From positions 5,116 through 69,115 of the forward strand of contig SVTQ01000008.1 of NCBI GenBank assembly GCA_015063695.1: a stretch of DNA of 64,000 bases. The letters are read 5' to 3'. Both the position numbers and the translations under genes were made by a program. Shown here piece by piece: positions 45,879-55,590 of the stretch. The DNA comes from Oscillospiraceae bacterium. GTDB taxonomy: Bacteria; Bacillota; Clostridia; Oscillospirales; CAG-272. The notes beneath the pieces were generated by a model, which had not been told where the DNA came from, made no database searches, and saw nothing but the letters and a program-made list of their open reading frames with translations. Every line of letters starts with the position of its first letter. Position 1 is the stretch's first letter.

Positions 45879-46391
45879 GTGAACGAATGGAAACTAATTG
45901 GCACATTGACCGATAAATGCATACTTGGGACGGATGGGCTAAGTACGAAAGAGCCAAGAAGAACATCGAGAGCGATATTGATTAACGATGAAGGTCAATA
46001 TGCGGTGATGTATGCTAAAAAATTCAATCTTCATTCTTTGCCTGGTGGTGGAATAGAAAATGGCGAAGATGAATTTTCTGCATTGGTTAGAGAAGTGTCT
46101 GAAGAAACAGGATGTGTATGTGATTCTGTAGAGCCGTTAGGTATTGTTGCCGAAAATAGATACCATGCAGACTTTACATCGTTATCGTATTATTTTGTTG
46201 TACATACAAAGACTAAGCAGGCTGTATTGCATCTGACAGATGCAGAAATTGAAAACGGAACGATATTAAAATGGTGCTCATTTGATGAACTATATAGTTT
46301 AATTAAGGATATTGAGCACGAAACAAATCAACGAAAATTTCTACAGGCAAGGGACTTACTTGCACTTAATGAATATAATCAAAATCTCTAA
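45879..46391 (+). CDS. NUDIX hydrolase, low GC
   Basis: Nudix box GGIENGEDEFSALVREVSEETG. Confidence 0.9.
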   Translation: MNEWKLIGTLTDKCILGTDGLSTKEPRRTSRAILINDEGQYAVMYAKKFNLHSLPGGGIENGEDEFSALVREVSEETGCVCDSVEPLGIVAENRYHADFTSLSYYFVVHTKTKQAVLHLTDAEIENGTILKWCSFDELYSLIKDIEHETNQRKFLQARDLLALNEYNQNL

Positions 46392-46495
46392 CCAATTTCA
46401 ATTTGTCTGACAGCTTCAAAGACGCACATCAATACAAAAAAGCACGGAAACAGAACTTAAAGTTCAAAATCCGTGCTTTTTTATCGAAATAATTA

Positions 46496-47428
46496 TCACT
46501 TATAAAGAATAGCTGCAAGAGCGCAGTAGTCCCTTGCGGAGAGCTTTTCGCCTCTTATATCGCTTCTTATGCCAAGCTCGGAAAGCGCCGCCTCGGTCTT
46601 CTCCTTGGGGATCTCCGATGAGAGAGCGTTAACGAGGGTCTTTCTTCTCTGAAGGAACGCGAGGGCAATAAGCTTTTTAACTCTTGCGGCAAACTTATCG
46701 CAAGCCGCCTTGTCCTTTGGAGCCTTGTCCCAGACGTCGTAAATGCCGTTTTCATGGAGAGTTATCTGAACGACGGAAGAAGAGACCTTGGGCGCGGGAA
46801 GGAAGTTCCCTGCACTTACGGTAAAGAGCTTTTCCGCCGTGCCGTGAAGGGCAACGGAGACGGAGAGAGAGCCGTAGTCACCGCTTCCTGCAGAAGCGCA
46901 TATCCTGTCGGCAACCTCGGTCTGTACCATTACGGTAATGCTTCTGAAACGTGAGGGGCCCGAAAGGGGGTATTCCTCAAGAAGCTTCATGAGAACGGGA
47001 GTTGTAACGTAATAAGGAAGGTTTGCGCAAACGCACACGGGCATGTCCCCTGCAAGCTCTGAAAGAAGAGCATCCGCCTGAACGTTCATAAAGTCCTCGT
47101 TTACAACCGTAACGTTATCACACTCGGCAAGGGTCTCTTCAAGAAGAGGAATAAGCCCCTTATCTATCTCAACGGCAATTACCTTTTCAAAATAGGAGGA
47201 GAGCTCCACGGTCATGGAGCCTATACCGGGGCCTATCTCAAGGGCGCAAACCCCCTCCATAAAGCCGCCGAAGCCGTCAAAGCCAACGTCACCGCCTGCC
47301 GCCGCGCTTCCTGCAATTCGCTCGGGTATGGCGCTGTTTATAAGAAAGTTCTGACCGTAGCCCTTCTTGGGGGCGAGGCCGTATTTATCCATAAGCTCCC
47401 GGACTGTTTTGGGACTGCAAAGATTCAT
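46496..47428 (-). CDS. rsmA: 16S rRNA dimethyladenosine transferase
   Basis: KGYGQNFL, EIGPGIG, VEID, ANLPYY, F.PAPKV.S, RRKTLVN. Confidence 0.95.
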   Translation of the reverse strand: MNLCSPKTVRELMDKYGLAPKKGYGQNFLINSAIPERIAGSAAAGGDVGFDGFGGFMEGVCALEIGPGIGSMTVELSSYFEKVIAVEIDKGLIPLLEETLAECDNVTVVNEDFMNVQADALLSELAGDMPVCVCANLPYYVTTPVLMKLLEEYPLSGPSRFRSITVMVQTEVADRICASAGSGDYGSLSVSVALHGTAEKLFTVSAGNFLPAPKVSSSVVQITLHENGIYDVWDKAPKDKAACDKFAARVKKLIALAFLQRRKTLVNALSSEIPKEKTEAALSELGIRSDIRGEKLSARDYCALAAILYK

Positions 47429-47462
47429 CTTTATCTCCTGAAAAAATATCGTATTCTCAAAC

Positions 47463-47577
47463 AGGGGGTCTCACGGTAGGGGAGGGGCAGTGCTGTGAGG
47501 ATTTCCTTGGAAATCCGAGGAAATGCCCTTGGGGTACTCCTCCCGTCTTAACCGCAAGGCGACTTGGGGTTCTCTTT
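47463..47577. repeat. Triple-nested palindromic repeat
   Basis: Minus-strand GAGAACCCC element interrupted by REP 47476-47545, which itself contains a ~45-bp hairpin insert. Confidence 0.65.
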
Positions 47578-47579
47578 TA

Positions 47580-48458
47580 TCAGATAACCGTCATCTTGTA
47601 GGACGTTTCAAAATACTCACCGGGAAGGATGCTCTTCGCATACTTCTTGCTTTCAAGCTCGGGAGTTTCGTTTGTTCCTGCAGGGAGACCGCACCAGGGC
47701 TCAAGGCAGATGAAGGGGGATTCCTTCTTGATAGGTGTCCAGAGACCGATAGCGTCAAAGCGGTCAAAGTCAAACCTTATACCGTGACCTGTGTTTCTGT
47801 TAACGAGGCGAATGCTCTTTACCTTGAGGTCTTCGATAATAAGAGCGTCGTTATCGTAGTCGCTGTATCTGAGGGGAAGCTCGTTGTTCTTAACAAGGTC
47901 AAGCTTGGGGATATCAGGACACATGTAGCCTGTTCCCTCCTGAGTGATAGACATATAAGCACCTTCGTAGTCCTCGAAGTAAATGCTGTAATCCTCAAAG
48001 CTTTCACCCTCGAAAATGGGACAGTTGAAGCCGGGGTGACCGCCGATGGAGAAGGTCATCTTTTTGTCACCTGTGTTGATGACTCTGTATGTAGTTTCAA
48101 AGCCGTCATCCGTTACCTCGTGAGTAATTCTGAGGCAGAAGGGATAAGGATAGCTCTTAAGAAGCTCCTCGTTTTCCACAAGCTCGAATACGACCTTGGA
48201 GGGAGTGATCTCCACGGGAGTGAATTCGCACTTTCTTGCAAGGCCGTGCTTGGGCATGGGATATTCCTCGCCGTCAGCAATTATCTTGCCGTCCTTGGGT
48301 GAGCAAAGAACGGGGAAAAGAACGGGAGCTCTTCCCGACCAGTGCTCGGGGAGACCGTACCAACAGTATTCGGTTCCGTTTTTCTCGCAGGAGATAAGCT
48401 CTGCACCGAGAGAGGTGCAGATAGCCGTTACGTCATTTTTGGATATTGTGAAATTCAT
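47580..48458 (-). CDS. Aldose 1-epimerase family protein (LacX-like)
   Basis: W.GRAPVLFP, KHGLAR, IGGHPGF, FICLEPW. Confidence 0.88.
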   Translation of the reverse strand: MNFTISKNDVTAICTSLGAELISCEKNGTEYCWYGLPEHWSGRAPVLFPVLCSPKDGKIIADGEEYPMPKHGLARKCEFTPVEITPSKVVFELVENEELLKSYPYPFCLRITHEVTDDGFETTYRVINTGDKKMTFSIGGHPGFNCPIFEGESFEDYSIYFEDYEGAYMSITQEGTGYMCPDIPKLDLVKNNELPLRYSDYDNDALIIEDLKVKSIRLVNRNTGHGIRFDFDRFDAIGLWTPIKKESPFICLEPWCGLPAGTNETPELESKKYAKSILPGEYFETSYKMTVI

Positions 48459-48488
48459 AATAACTCCAATTATTTTTTAAATTTTAAA

Positions 48489-49886
48489 TCAGAAAGCGAT
48501 CTTTTCAGAAAGGTAAGCTTCAAGCTCGGAAATAGGCAGACGAACCTGTTCCATGGAGTCTCTTTCTCTTACCGTTACACAGCCGTCTTCAACAGATTCA
48601 AAGTCGTATGTGATGCAGTAGGGTGTACCGATCTCGTCCTGACGGCGGTAACGCTTACCGATAGAGCCTGTTTCGTCAAAGTCAACACAGAAGCTTTTGG
48701 AAAGCTGAGTAAATACTTCGTCAGCCTGCTCGGAAAGTTTTTTAGAGAGAGGAAGAACTGCTGCCTTGAAGGGAGCGAGAGCGGGATGGAGACGGAGAAC
48801 AACGCGGGTGTCGTTCTTTTCAGCGTCAACAACTTCTTCATCGTATGCGTCAACGAGGAAAGCAAGTGCCACACGGTCAGCTCCGAGGGAGGGCTCGATA
48901 ACGTAGGGAACGTACTTTTCGTTTGTTTCGGGGTCAAAATATTCCATGGGCTTGCCGCTGTGGTTTGCATGCTGAGTGAGGTCGTAGTCAGTTCTGTCAG
49001 CTACACCCCAAAGCTCACCCCATCCGAAGGGGAAGAGGAATTCGAAGTCAGTGGTTGCCTTGGAGTAGAAGCAGAGCTCATCCTCGGAGTGGTCACGGAG
49101 TCTGAGGTTTTCTTCCTTCATGCCGAGGTTCAGGAGGAACTGCTTGCAGTATTCCTTCCAGTAAAGGAACCATTCAAGGTCAGTGCCGGGCTTGCAGAAG
49201 AATTCAAGCTCCATCTGTTCGAATTCACGTGTACGGAACGTGAAGTTACCGGGAGTAATCTCGTTTCTGAAGGACTTACCGATCTGACAAACGCCGAAGG
49301 GGAGCTTCTTTCTGGAGCTTCTTGCAACGTTCTGGAAGTTTACGAAGATACCCTGAGCTGTTTCGGGTCTGAGATAAAGCTCGGAGCTTGAGTCCTCGGT
49401 TACGCCCTGGTACGTCTTGAACATAAGGTTGAACTTACGGATATCCGTGAATTCTTTACTGCCGCAGTCGGGGCAAACTATTCCCTTTTCAGCAATGTAG
49501 TCAGCCATTTCTTTATTTGTCCAGCCTGCAGGATTATCGTCGAGACCGTTTGCAAAAGCATAGTCCTCGATAAGCTTGTCGGCTCTGTGACGTGTCTTAC
49601 ATTCCTTACAGTCCATAAGGGGGTCGGAGAAGCCGCCGACGTGACCGGAAGCTACCCATGTTTCGGGGTTCATGATGATAGCCGCATCAAGACCTACGTT
49701 GTATTTACATTCCTGAACGAACTTCTTCCACCAAGCCTTCTTTACGTTGTTCTTGAATTCAACGCCGAGAGGGCCGTAGTCCCAGGAGTTAGCGAGACCG
49801 CCGTAGATCTCACTGCCTGCAAAGATAAAGCCGCGGTTTTTACACAGCGCAACAATTTTGTCCATCGTCTTTTCTGAATTGTTCAT
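48489..49886 (-). CDS. glyQS: Glycine-tRNA ligase, homodimeric type
   Basis: [50 protein letters not shown]. Confidence 0.95.
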   Translation of the reverse strand: MNNSEKTMDKIVALCKNRGFIFAGSEIYGGLANSWDYGPLGVEFKNNVKKAWWKKFVQECKYNVGLDAAIIMNPETWVASGHVGGFSDPLMDCKECKTRHRADKLIEDYAFANGLDDNPAGWTNKEMADYIAEKGIVCPDCGSKEFTDIRKFNLMFKTYQGVTEDSSSELYLRPETAQGIFVNFQNVARSSRKKLPFGVCQIGKSFRNEITPGNFTFRTREFEQMELEFFCKPGTDLEWFLYWKEYCKQFLLNLGMKEENLRLRDHSEDELCFYSKATTDFEFLFPFGWGELWGVADRTDYDLTQHANHSGKPMEYFDPETNEKYVPYVIEPSLGADRVALAFLVDAYDEEVVDAEKNDTRVVLRLHPALAPFKAAVLPLSKKLSEQADEVFTQLSKSFCVDFDETGSIGKRYRRQDEIGTPYCITYDFESVEDGCVTVRERDSMEQVRLPISELEAYLSEKIAF

Positions 49887-49963
49887 TTCTGTTTACCTCT
49901 TTATGTATATGTTTTATTTTTTATTTTATCCGCTCTGCCGAAAGACAGAGGGTCATAAGCATT

Positions 49964-51037
49964 TTATCTGTATTTTGAAAGCGCCTCAACACCGCCGGAA
50001 ACGTCAGGCTCAAAGGTTGCATCCTGAGGCTCGCCCGCGGGCTTGAAAAGTCCGGGATAGGATACCGTTACCGCAATATCGTCGCTAAACGCTTTGATAA
50101 GCTCTCCGTTCTGTGCGAAGAAGTCTGTCGTGATATTGGTAACTGCATATTTTTCAACTCTCGTCCAGAGAGAGGACTGACCGTTCGGAGAGAGCTTTGC
50201 GAAGTTTCTGAACACGCCCTTTGTGTAGCCGTCGGAGATTATAAGCTCATCCTCAATTCCGTCGGAATAGTCACTGTAAAGAAGGAGACCCATGGAGGAA
50301 GGGCCGATGTTGTCGGTACATTCCTCAAGGAAGGAATCAAATTCAACCTCGGGATCAAGAGCCTTTATCTTCCCTGCGCCCGACTGACCTACGTAAACCT
50401 TGCCGTCCGTGAAGATCTCACAGGGCACGGTGCAGTACACCGCGCCGATAACGTCAACGATGCTCTTTACGTCGGTACAGTTGACCACAGCATAGTAGTC
50501 AACGGAAACGCCCGTTATGGACTCAACCTTCGATTTAAAAAATTCAAATCCGTAATAACCGTAAACGTTGTAAAGTGTTTCATATCCCGCAGGGGTCGTT
50601 ACGTTTGTGTTGGGTGCAATGGGAGTGAAGATATACTCGCCGTATTCCTTACTGCACTGAACAAGGCAGATGGTTGAGGGACCTGCAATGCGGAAGCCGT
50701 CCTCAAGATATCCCGCCTCATCCTCGGTCTTATCTATTTCCGAAGGGGCGGGCAGATAGTCCGAAAAGACCTTGGGTCTGTAATCGGTGCACACTATAAG
50801 CATGGAGAAGGAATTTCCTTCAATATCCTTCAAAGTGTTTTCGGTTTGATCGCTTTCTTCCTTATCCGCACCTCCCTCGTCCTTGGGAGCGTTTAAGATA
50901 TCGGTAATTCCGTCGGGAGTTCTGTCGAATATTCCAAGGAGAATTCCCTCAACGGAATTAGTTACGAACACCGCCGCAATACCTGCAAGCACAGCCGTAA
51001 TAAGAAAAGCAATTCCGAAGCTTTTTAAGCCTTTCAT
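49964..51037 (-). CDS. Divergent LCP (LytR-CpsA-Psr)-like protein
   Basis: N-terminal TM, VESITGVSVDYYAVVN..VKSIVD.IG.V core; catalytic Arg motifs not recognisable. Confidence 0.55.
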   Translation of the reverse strand: MKGLKSFGIAFLITAVLAGIAAVFVTNSVEGILLGIFDRTPDGITDILNAPKDEGGADKEESDQTENTLKDIEGNSFSMLIVCTDYRPKVFSDYLPAPSEIDKTEDEAGYLEDGFRIAGPSTICLVQCSKEYGEYIFTPIAPNTNVTTPAGYETLYNVYGYYGFEFFKSKVESITGVSVDYYAVVNCTDVKSIVDVIGAVYCTVPCEIFTDGKVYVGQSGAGKIKALDPEVEFDSFLEECTDNIGPSSMGLLLYSDYSDGIEDELIISDGYTKGVFRNFAKLSPNGQSSLWTRVEKYAVTNITTDFFAQNGELIKAFSDDIAVTVSYPGLFKPAGEPQDATFEPDVSGGVEALSKYR

Positions 51038-51073
51038 AGTATTTTTCCTTTCACTAAGGGGAAATTGTGCCTT

Positions 51074-51598
51074 TTAAGACACTACCTTTGAGATACCCGT
51101 AACGATCACCGTAACGGTAGCTTTCTCTGTGTGAAGCTCTATCTCGAAGTTAGGGGCAATATATGTTTTTCCGTTGACAAGAAAGCCGTAGTCCGCAGTG
51201 TAGCCCTGCACGGATGCCGCACCCTTTATGTCAACAAGACTGTTGTCGCCTATATCTGCCGATGAATATACGGAAACGTACTTGCCGTCGGAGTCCTCAA
51301 CGAATATCTGAGCGGGAGTTACCGTAATATTATCGCTTACCGTTCCGAAAAGAGTGCCGTCTTCAGTCCAGAGGCTTTCCCCTGCGGAAAGATATCCGCT
51401 GACGGATGCCTTTGCCTGCTTGACCTCAAAGGAAACGGCATATTCGGAAAGCTCGGGGCTTATCACGGGAAGAATTCCGTCGGAGCCGACGTAAACTCTG
51501 ACAATTACCCCTGCTATACACATCAGCACAAGTACCGCAATAAACACGTCAAGGGCAGAAACTCTGCCGCCTTTTTTGGCATTTTCTTTATTTTTCAT
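51074..51598 (-). CDS. DUF4330-like membrane-anchored protein
   Basis: S.LD..I N-terminus, single TM, beta-rich domain; resembles 52820..53296. Confidence 0.55.
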   Translation of the reverse strand: MKNKENAKKGGRVSALDVFIAVLVLMCIAGVIVRVYVGSDGILPVISPELSEYAVSFEVKQAKASVSGYLSAGESLWTEDGTLFGTVSDNITVTPAQIFVEDSDGKYVSVYSSADIGDNSLVDIKGAASVQGYTADYGFLVNGKTYIAPNFEIELHTEKATVTVIVTGISKVVS

Positions 51599-51625
51599 AC
51601 CAAGCGGTTCCTCACTTTAATTGGT

Positions 51626-52750
51626 TTATTTTTTGTCTGTCTCGTGACTGAGCTCCTCGCCTTTTTTAATGGGAGTGTAGCCGTGCTCGGCAAGACCGGA
51701 TAGAACACGGGAGCTCGTCTTCTTCATTACAATATAGTTGAGACCGAAAACGATGATAGCGCAAGCGGCAACTATAAGGGTCTTCGTCAGCTTATACTCG
51801 CTGAAGATATCCTCGGAGAAGGTTATGGAAACAAGCCCGAGTATACCGCAGACCGCATAGAGAATTCTCACAGCCTCGCGCTGGGTAAATCCCATGTCCA
51901 CAAGCTTGTGGTGCAGGTGCTTTCTGTCGGGAGCGAAGGGGCTCTCACCGCCCTTTATTCTTCTGAATATGGCAAAGAGCGTATCGAGAAGAGGAAGGGC
52001 AAACATTGCAATGGGAATGATGAAGGAGATAACGGTGTGCATCTTGAACACGCCCTGAACGCTCATTACCGCCATGGTATAACCGAGGAACAGGGAGCCC
52101 GTGTCGCCCATGAAAATTCTCGCAGGGTTCATATTAAAGGGAAGAAATCCCAGACACGCCGCCGCAAGTATCGCCATGATGAGAGCTGACTGATAGTCTC
52201 CGTGAAGAAGTACAACACCGAGAAGCGTAATAGACATAATGGCGGAAACGCCGCAGGCGAGACCGTCAAGACCGTCAAGAAGGTTGATGGCGTTTGTAAG
52301 ACCCACGATCCAGAGGATACTTATGGGAATACTGAGAACGCCGAATTCTATTACGTACCCGAATAGGGTGATATGCTCAATTACAACTCCGAAGAGAACG
52401 GCAACGACTGCCGCCGCGACCTGCACGATAAGCTTTACCCAAGCCTTGAGACGGTAAACGTCGTCGAGAATACCCATGACCACCATAATAAAGCCGCCTG
52501 CAAGAACTGCGCCGAGAGCAGGTGTGTATGTACCGAACACCAGGGCGCTTATGGCAAAGCCGCCGAAAATGGCAAGACCGCCTATTCGGGGAGTGGGCTT
52601 CGTGTGCATTCTGCGCTCGTCGGTAGGAACGTCAACTGCTCCGATGAGGAACGCAAGAACTCGGACGGGAGGGGTCAGAGCAAAGGCAAGAAGCCCCGAG
52701 CAAAGAACCGCGCTCACAGCGTATATAATCGTATTAATAAGATTTTCCAT
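51626..52750 (-). CDS. WecA/TagO-like undecaprenyl-phosphate GlcNAc-1-phosphate transferase
   Basis: PTPRIGG, GILDD, NAINLLDGLDGL, FMGDTGS, DRKHLHH. Confidence 0.92.
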   Translation of the reverse strand: MENLINTIIYAVSAVLCSGLLAFALTPPVRVLAFLIGAVDVPTDERRMHTKPTPRIGGLAIFGGFAISALVFGTYTPALGAVLAGGFIMVVMGILDDVYRLKAWVKLIVQVAAAVVAVLFGVVIEHITLFGYVIEFGVLSIPISILWIVGLTNAINLLDGLDGLACGVSAIMSITLLGVVLLHGDYQSALIMAILAAACLGFLPFNMNPARIFMGDTGSLFLGYTMAVMSVQGVFKMHTVISFIIPIAMFALPLLDTLFAIFRRIKGGESPFAPDRKHLHHKLVDMGFTQREAVRILYAVCGILGLVSITFSEDIFSEYKLTKTLIVAACAIIVFGLNYIVMKKTSSRVLSGLAEHGYTPIKKGEELSHETDKK

Positions 52751-52819
52751 TATACTTCTCCATAATCATCCGCCGTCATGCACGGCGGTATTATCATGTT
52801 AAACGTCTTTTCAAAAAGC

Positions 52820-53296
52820 TCAGTCGATAACCTCGGCGCTGATACAGCTTCCCGTGCAGTAGAGCTCGGGGAGCATGAGCGCATAGTCTTTGCCGACGCT
52901 TATCGAAAGCTTATCGATATAGTAACCGGTCGGGCCGCCCGTAGCAGGGCTTTCCACCGTGATGTAAAGACTTCTGTATCCGACGATATCGCTGACCACC
53001 TGAACGCCGCCGTCGGACATACCCACGTGAGTAGCGTTTCTGATGTCGCAGGCGGTGACCGTACCGATCATCCTGCCGCTTTCATAATCGTAAACCGCGT
53101 CCCCCGCCTTCACGTTGTCGGCAAGGTCCTCGGATATCATGTCGGTCTCAATTACGTACTGAAGGTTGATCTTTTTACCCTCTGCATCCCCGCCTGCATT
53201 AAAAACAAAGCTTCGAAGCAGAAGAGCAGCCGCCCCCAAAACTACAAGTATTATAACAAGGTCAACTATATTGAACCTGTGTTTTTTCTTTTCCAT
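52820..53296 (-). CDS. DUF4330-like membrane-anchored protein
   Basis: RFNIVDL N-terminus, TM, VKAGD.VYD...G..IGTV. Confidence 0.65.
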   Translation of the reverse strand: MEKKKHRFNIVDLVIILVVLGAAALLLRSFVFNAGGDAEGKKINLQYVIETDMISEDLADNVKAGDAVYDYESGRMIGTVTACDIRNATHVGMSDGGVQVVSDIVGYRSLYITVESPATGGPTGYYIDKLSISVGKDYALMLPELYCTGSCISAEVID

Positions 53297-53339
53297 TGTA
53301 TTTTGCCACGTCCTTTCTCAGTTACGTTTTTTATCTTGT

Positions 53340-55382
53340 TTACACTATATCAGCCTCAAAATTATGCTCTCTGTCGTCACCGAGAGTATAGGAAGCTTCA
53401 ATTTCGTCGATCTCATTTCTTGTGATAGTGCTGTAAGCTGCCGAGAGCCCTGCGGCTATCCAGAAAAGAAGGAATACTTTTTCGTTGTACCATATATAGT
53501 CGAATATTCCGTAAAACAGCATCCCCGCAACGCTGCAGAGGGGAGCCGCAATTCCCATACGCCTTGAAACGCAGTACTCATTAACGGAGAGCTTTCCCTT
53601 GGACTTTACGTCCTTGGAGGCAAACTGAGAGAGGCTCTCGGGGATATTTATATAAATTCCTCTCGTTCTGAGAGCAGGATTTTTTCTCGCTCTGTCAATG
53701 CGCAGAAACGCCGTAAAGGCAGAGGAAACGATGAGCCACGCGAAAACAAGGAAGATGACAAGCCCGAAAACTCCCGTTTCGACCCATATCTGAAGATAAG
53801 TGTTATAGGAGTGAGCCACGCTGTCGGGAGTGTTTCCCGAAAGCATGGGGCGAACAGCCTCAAAGGATGCCTTTCCGAAGCCGACACCTCCGAAAAGAAA
53901 ATCGGAGAGCGCCCCGCTTATACTGTCCCAAAGCTCAAGACGCGTTCTGCCGAAACGAGCAAAGCCCTCGGAGAGTGCCGCGGCAATACGGGATGCCGCC
54001 GCAGGAAACAGGAGAGATGCCACAGGCACCGTGATAACACCCGAGAAGATAATATAGATAGCATTTCTCGAATATATCAGAAGAAGAAGGAGGACGGAAA
54101 GCGCCGCCGCAAGAGCCGAATAAACGGAGCCGTCAAATATAACGGGAAGAATGAGAAGAAGCACTGCCGCCGCGCTGTAGCCCCTTGTAACCCTGAAGGC
54201 AGGGCGCATGAAGAAGGACACCGCCATGGGGAGAGCTACGGCGGAAACTGCGGATATGACCGCCTTATCTCCCATGATAAGCTGAGAAGCAAGAGTGCCT
54301 TCAAGCATTTCGGAAAGGGCAAGGCTGACACCGCCGAATGCCATATCTCCGAGAAAGCCCGCAACGTAAAGCAGACAGGAAGCGGAGAGACCCATCACCG
54401 CCGAGGCGGTTGCTCTGTCAAGCCACGCCTTTGTTTTGAAGAGGTTCACCGTGAGAAAATACACGCTGATAAGAAGCACGTACAAAGCCGCTTCTCCGAG
54501 GGCACCGTCTGCACTTGCCACGATACCGCCTAAAAGGATTATGAGAAGGACACCGAAAACGGAGGCATCCAGCGTTTCAAAGGAAGCAAATCTTTTTCTG
54601 CGGACAAGCTTTACAAGGAAAGAAACAGCCACCGCAGAGATAAGAATAAGGTTTGCGGAATTTGTGAGAAAAGGAAGCAGGAATGAGAGGGCAACCATTC
54701 CGAACTCAGGTCTTGAAACCGTTATCCACAGAAGCGCAATGAACAGAAGCACGAAAACTATTTTGTAGGGAGATACGAAATAGGCAATACCGCCTGCGAT
54801 AACTCCCGCAATAAATCCGTAGCTCACTCTGCCCCGCCCCGTTTTTTCGCTTTCGTCAAATCTGCCGTCATTGAGGCCCGAAACCGATTTGAGCGCCGAG
54901 CCGAAGGCAGAGTTGTCAACGGCGGAGGAGGCGGCCTCGTCACTGAAAAGAAGGGGCAAAGCCGACACCGCAAGAATGAGTCCGAAAAGCAGACCGAAAA
55001 CCTGTCTTTCGGTACCGAACAAAAAATTGTCAACAAGTCCGAAAAGGAAGGTGTATATTCCGAAAGACATAAGGAAGGTTCCGTAGACCTTCAGCTTTAT
55101 ATCCAAAAGACGTGTCGCAAAGGATTTAGAAGCATCGGAGGCGCGGCCCTCGTCAAAAGCAGCCGAAGCCGCCTCTCTGAGAGGAGAAAGGAAGGAAGAG
55201 CTCTTCTTGCCGTGAGCATCCTTCTGCCGTCCGTCGCTGTAAGAGGTAAAGACTGCGCCCACAACGCCGTTTTTCAGTCCTCTGTAAATAAATCTTGCAA
55301 ATCTGTCAAGATAGGATGCCGTTCCCGCTCTCACAGCTTTTCTTTTTTCGCCGATTTTTGCGTTTTTTCCGTTGTGTGCCAC
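53340..55382 (-). CDS. O-antigen ligase/Wzy_C-family polytopic membrane protein
   Basis: Many TM helices, R..LW, GVGFG, HSYNTYLQIWVETGVFG. Confidence 0.8.
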   Translation of the reverse strand: MAHNGKNAKIGEKRKAVRAGTASYLDRFARFIYRGLKNGVVGAVFTSYSDGRQKDAHGKKSSSFLSPLREAASAAFDEGRASDASKSFATRLLDIKLKVYGTFLMSFGIYTFLFGLVDNFLFGTERQVFGLLFGLILAVSALPLLFSDEAASSAVDNSAFGSALKSVSGLNDGRFDESEKTGRGRVSYGFIAGVIAGGIAYFVSPYKIVFVLLFIALLWITVSRPEFGMVALSFLLPFLTNSANLILISAVAVSFLVKLVRRKRFASFETLDASVFGVLLIILLGGIVASADGALGEAALYVLLISVYFLTVNLFKTKAWLDRATASAVMGLSASCLLYVAGFLGDMAFGGVSLALSEMLEGTLASQLIMGDKAVISAVSAVALPMAVSFFMRPAFRVTRGYSAAAVLLLILPVIFDGSVYSALAAALSVLLLLLIYSRNAIYIIFSGVITVPVASLLFPAAASRIAAALSEGFARFGRTRLELWDSISGALSDFLFGGVGFGKASFEAVRPMLSGNTPDSVAHSYNTYLQIWVETGVFGLVIFLVFAWLIVSSAFTAFLRIDRARKNPALRTRGIYINIPESLSQFASKDVKSKGKLSVNEYCVSRRMGIAAPLCSVAGMLFYGIFDYIWYNEKVFLLFWIAAGLSAAYSTITRNEIDEIEASYTLGDDREHNFEADIV

Positions 55383-55490
55383 ATGCTTTCCTCCTTCCGT
55401 ACAGTATTATTCATTATATTATACTATAATATTTAAATAAATTCAAGGTCTCTCAAAAAAATAACAAAAAATTTAAGTGTGCGGAAGGTA

Positions 55491-55519
55491 TTGACTATAA
55501 CTTTTAATTTTGTTATAAT
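55491..55519 (+). promoter_or_regulatory. Sigma-A promoter of hisS-aspS
   Basis: TTGACT-17bp-TATAAT. Confidence 0.78.
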
Positions 55520-55590
55520 TAATAATTGATTTAGAAAATACAAAGAGGGCATCTCTATGCCTCTCTCTTCACATAACATCGGAGGAACTA

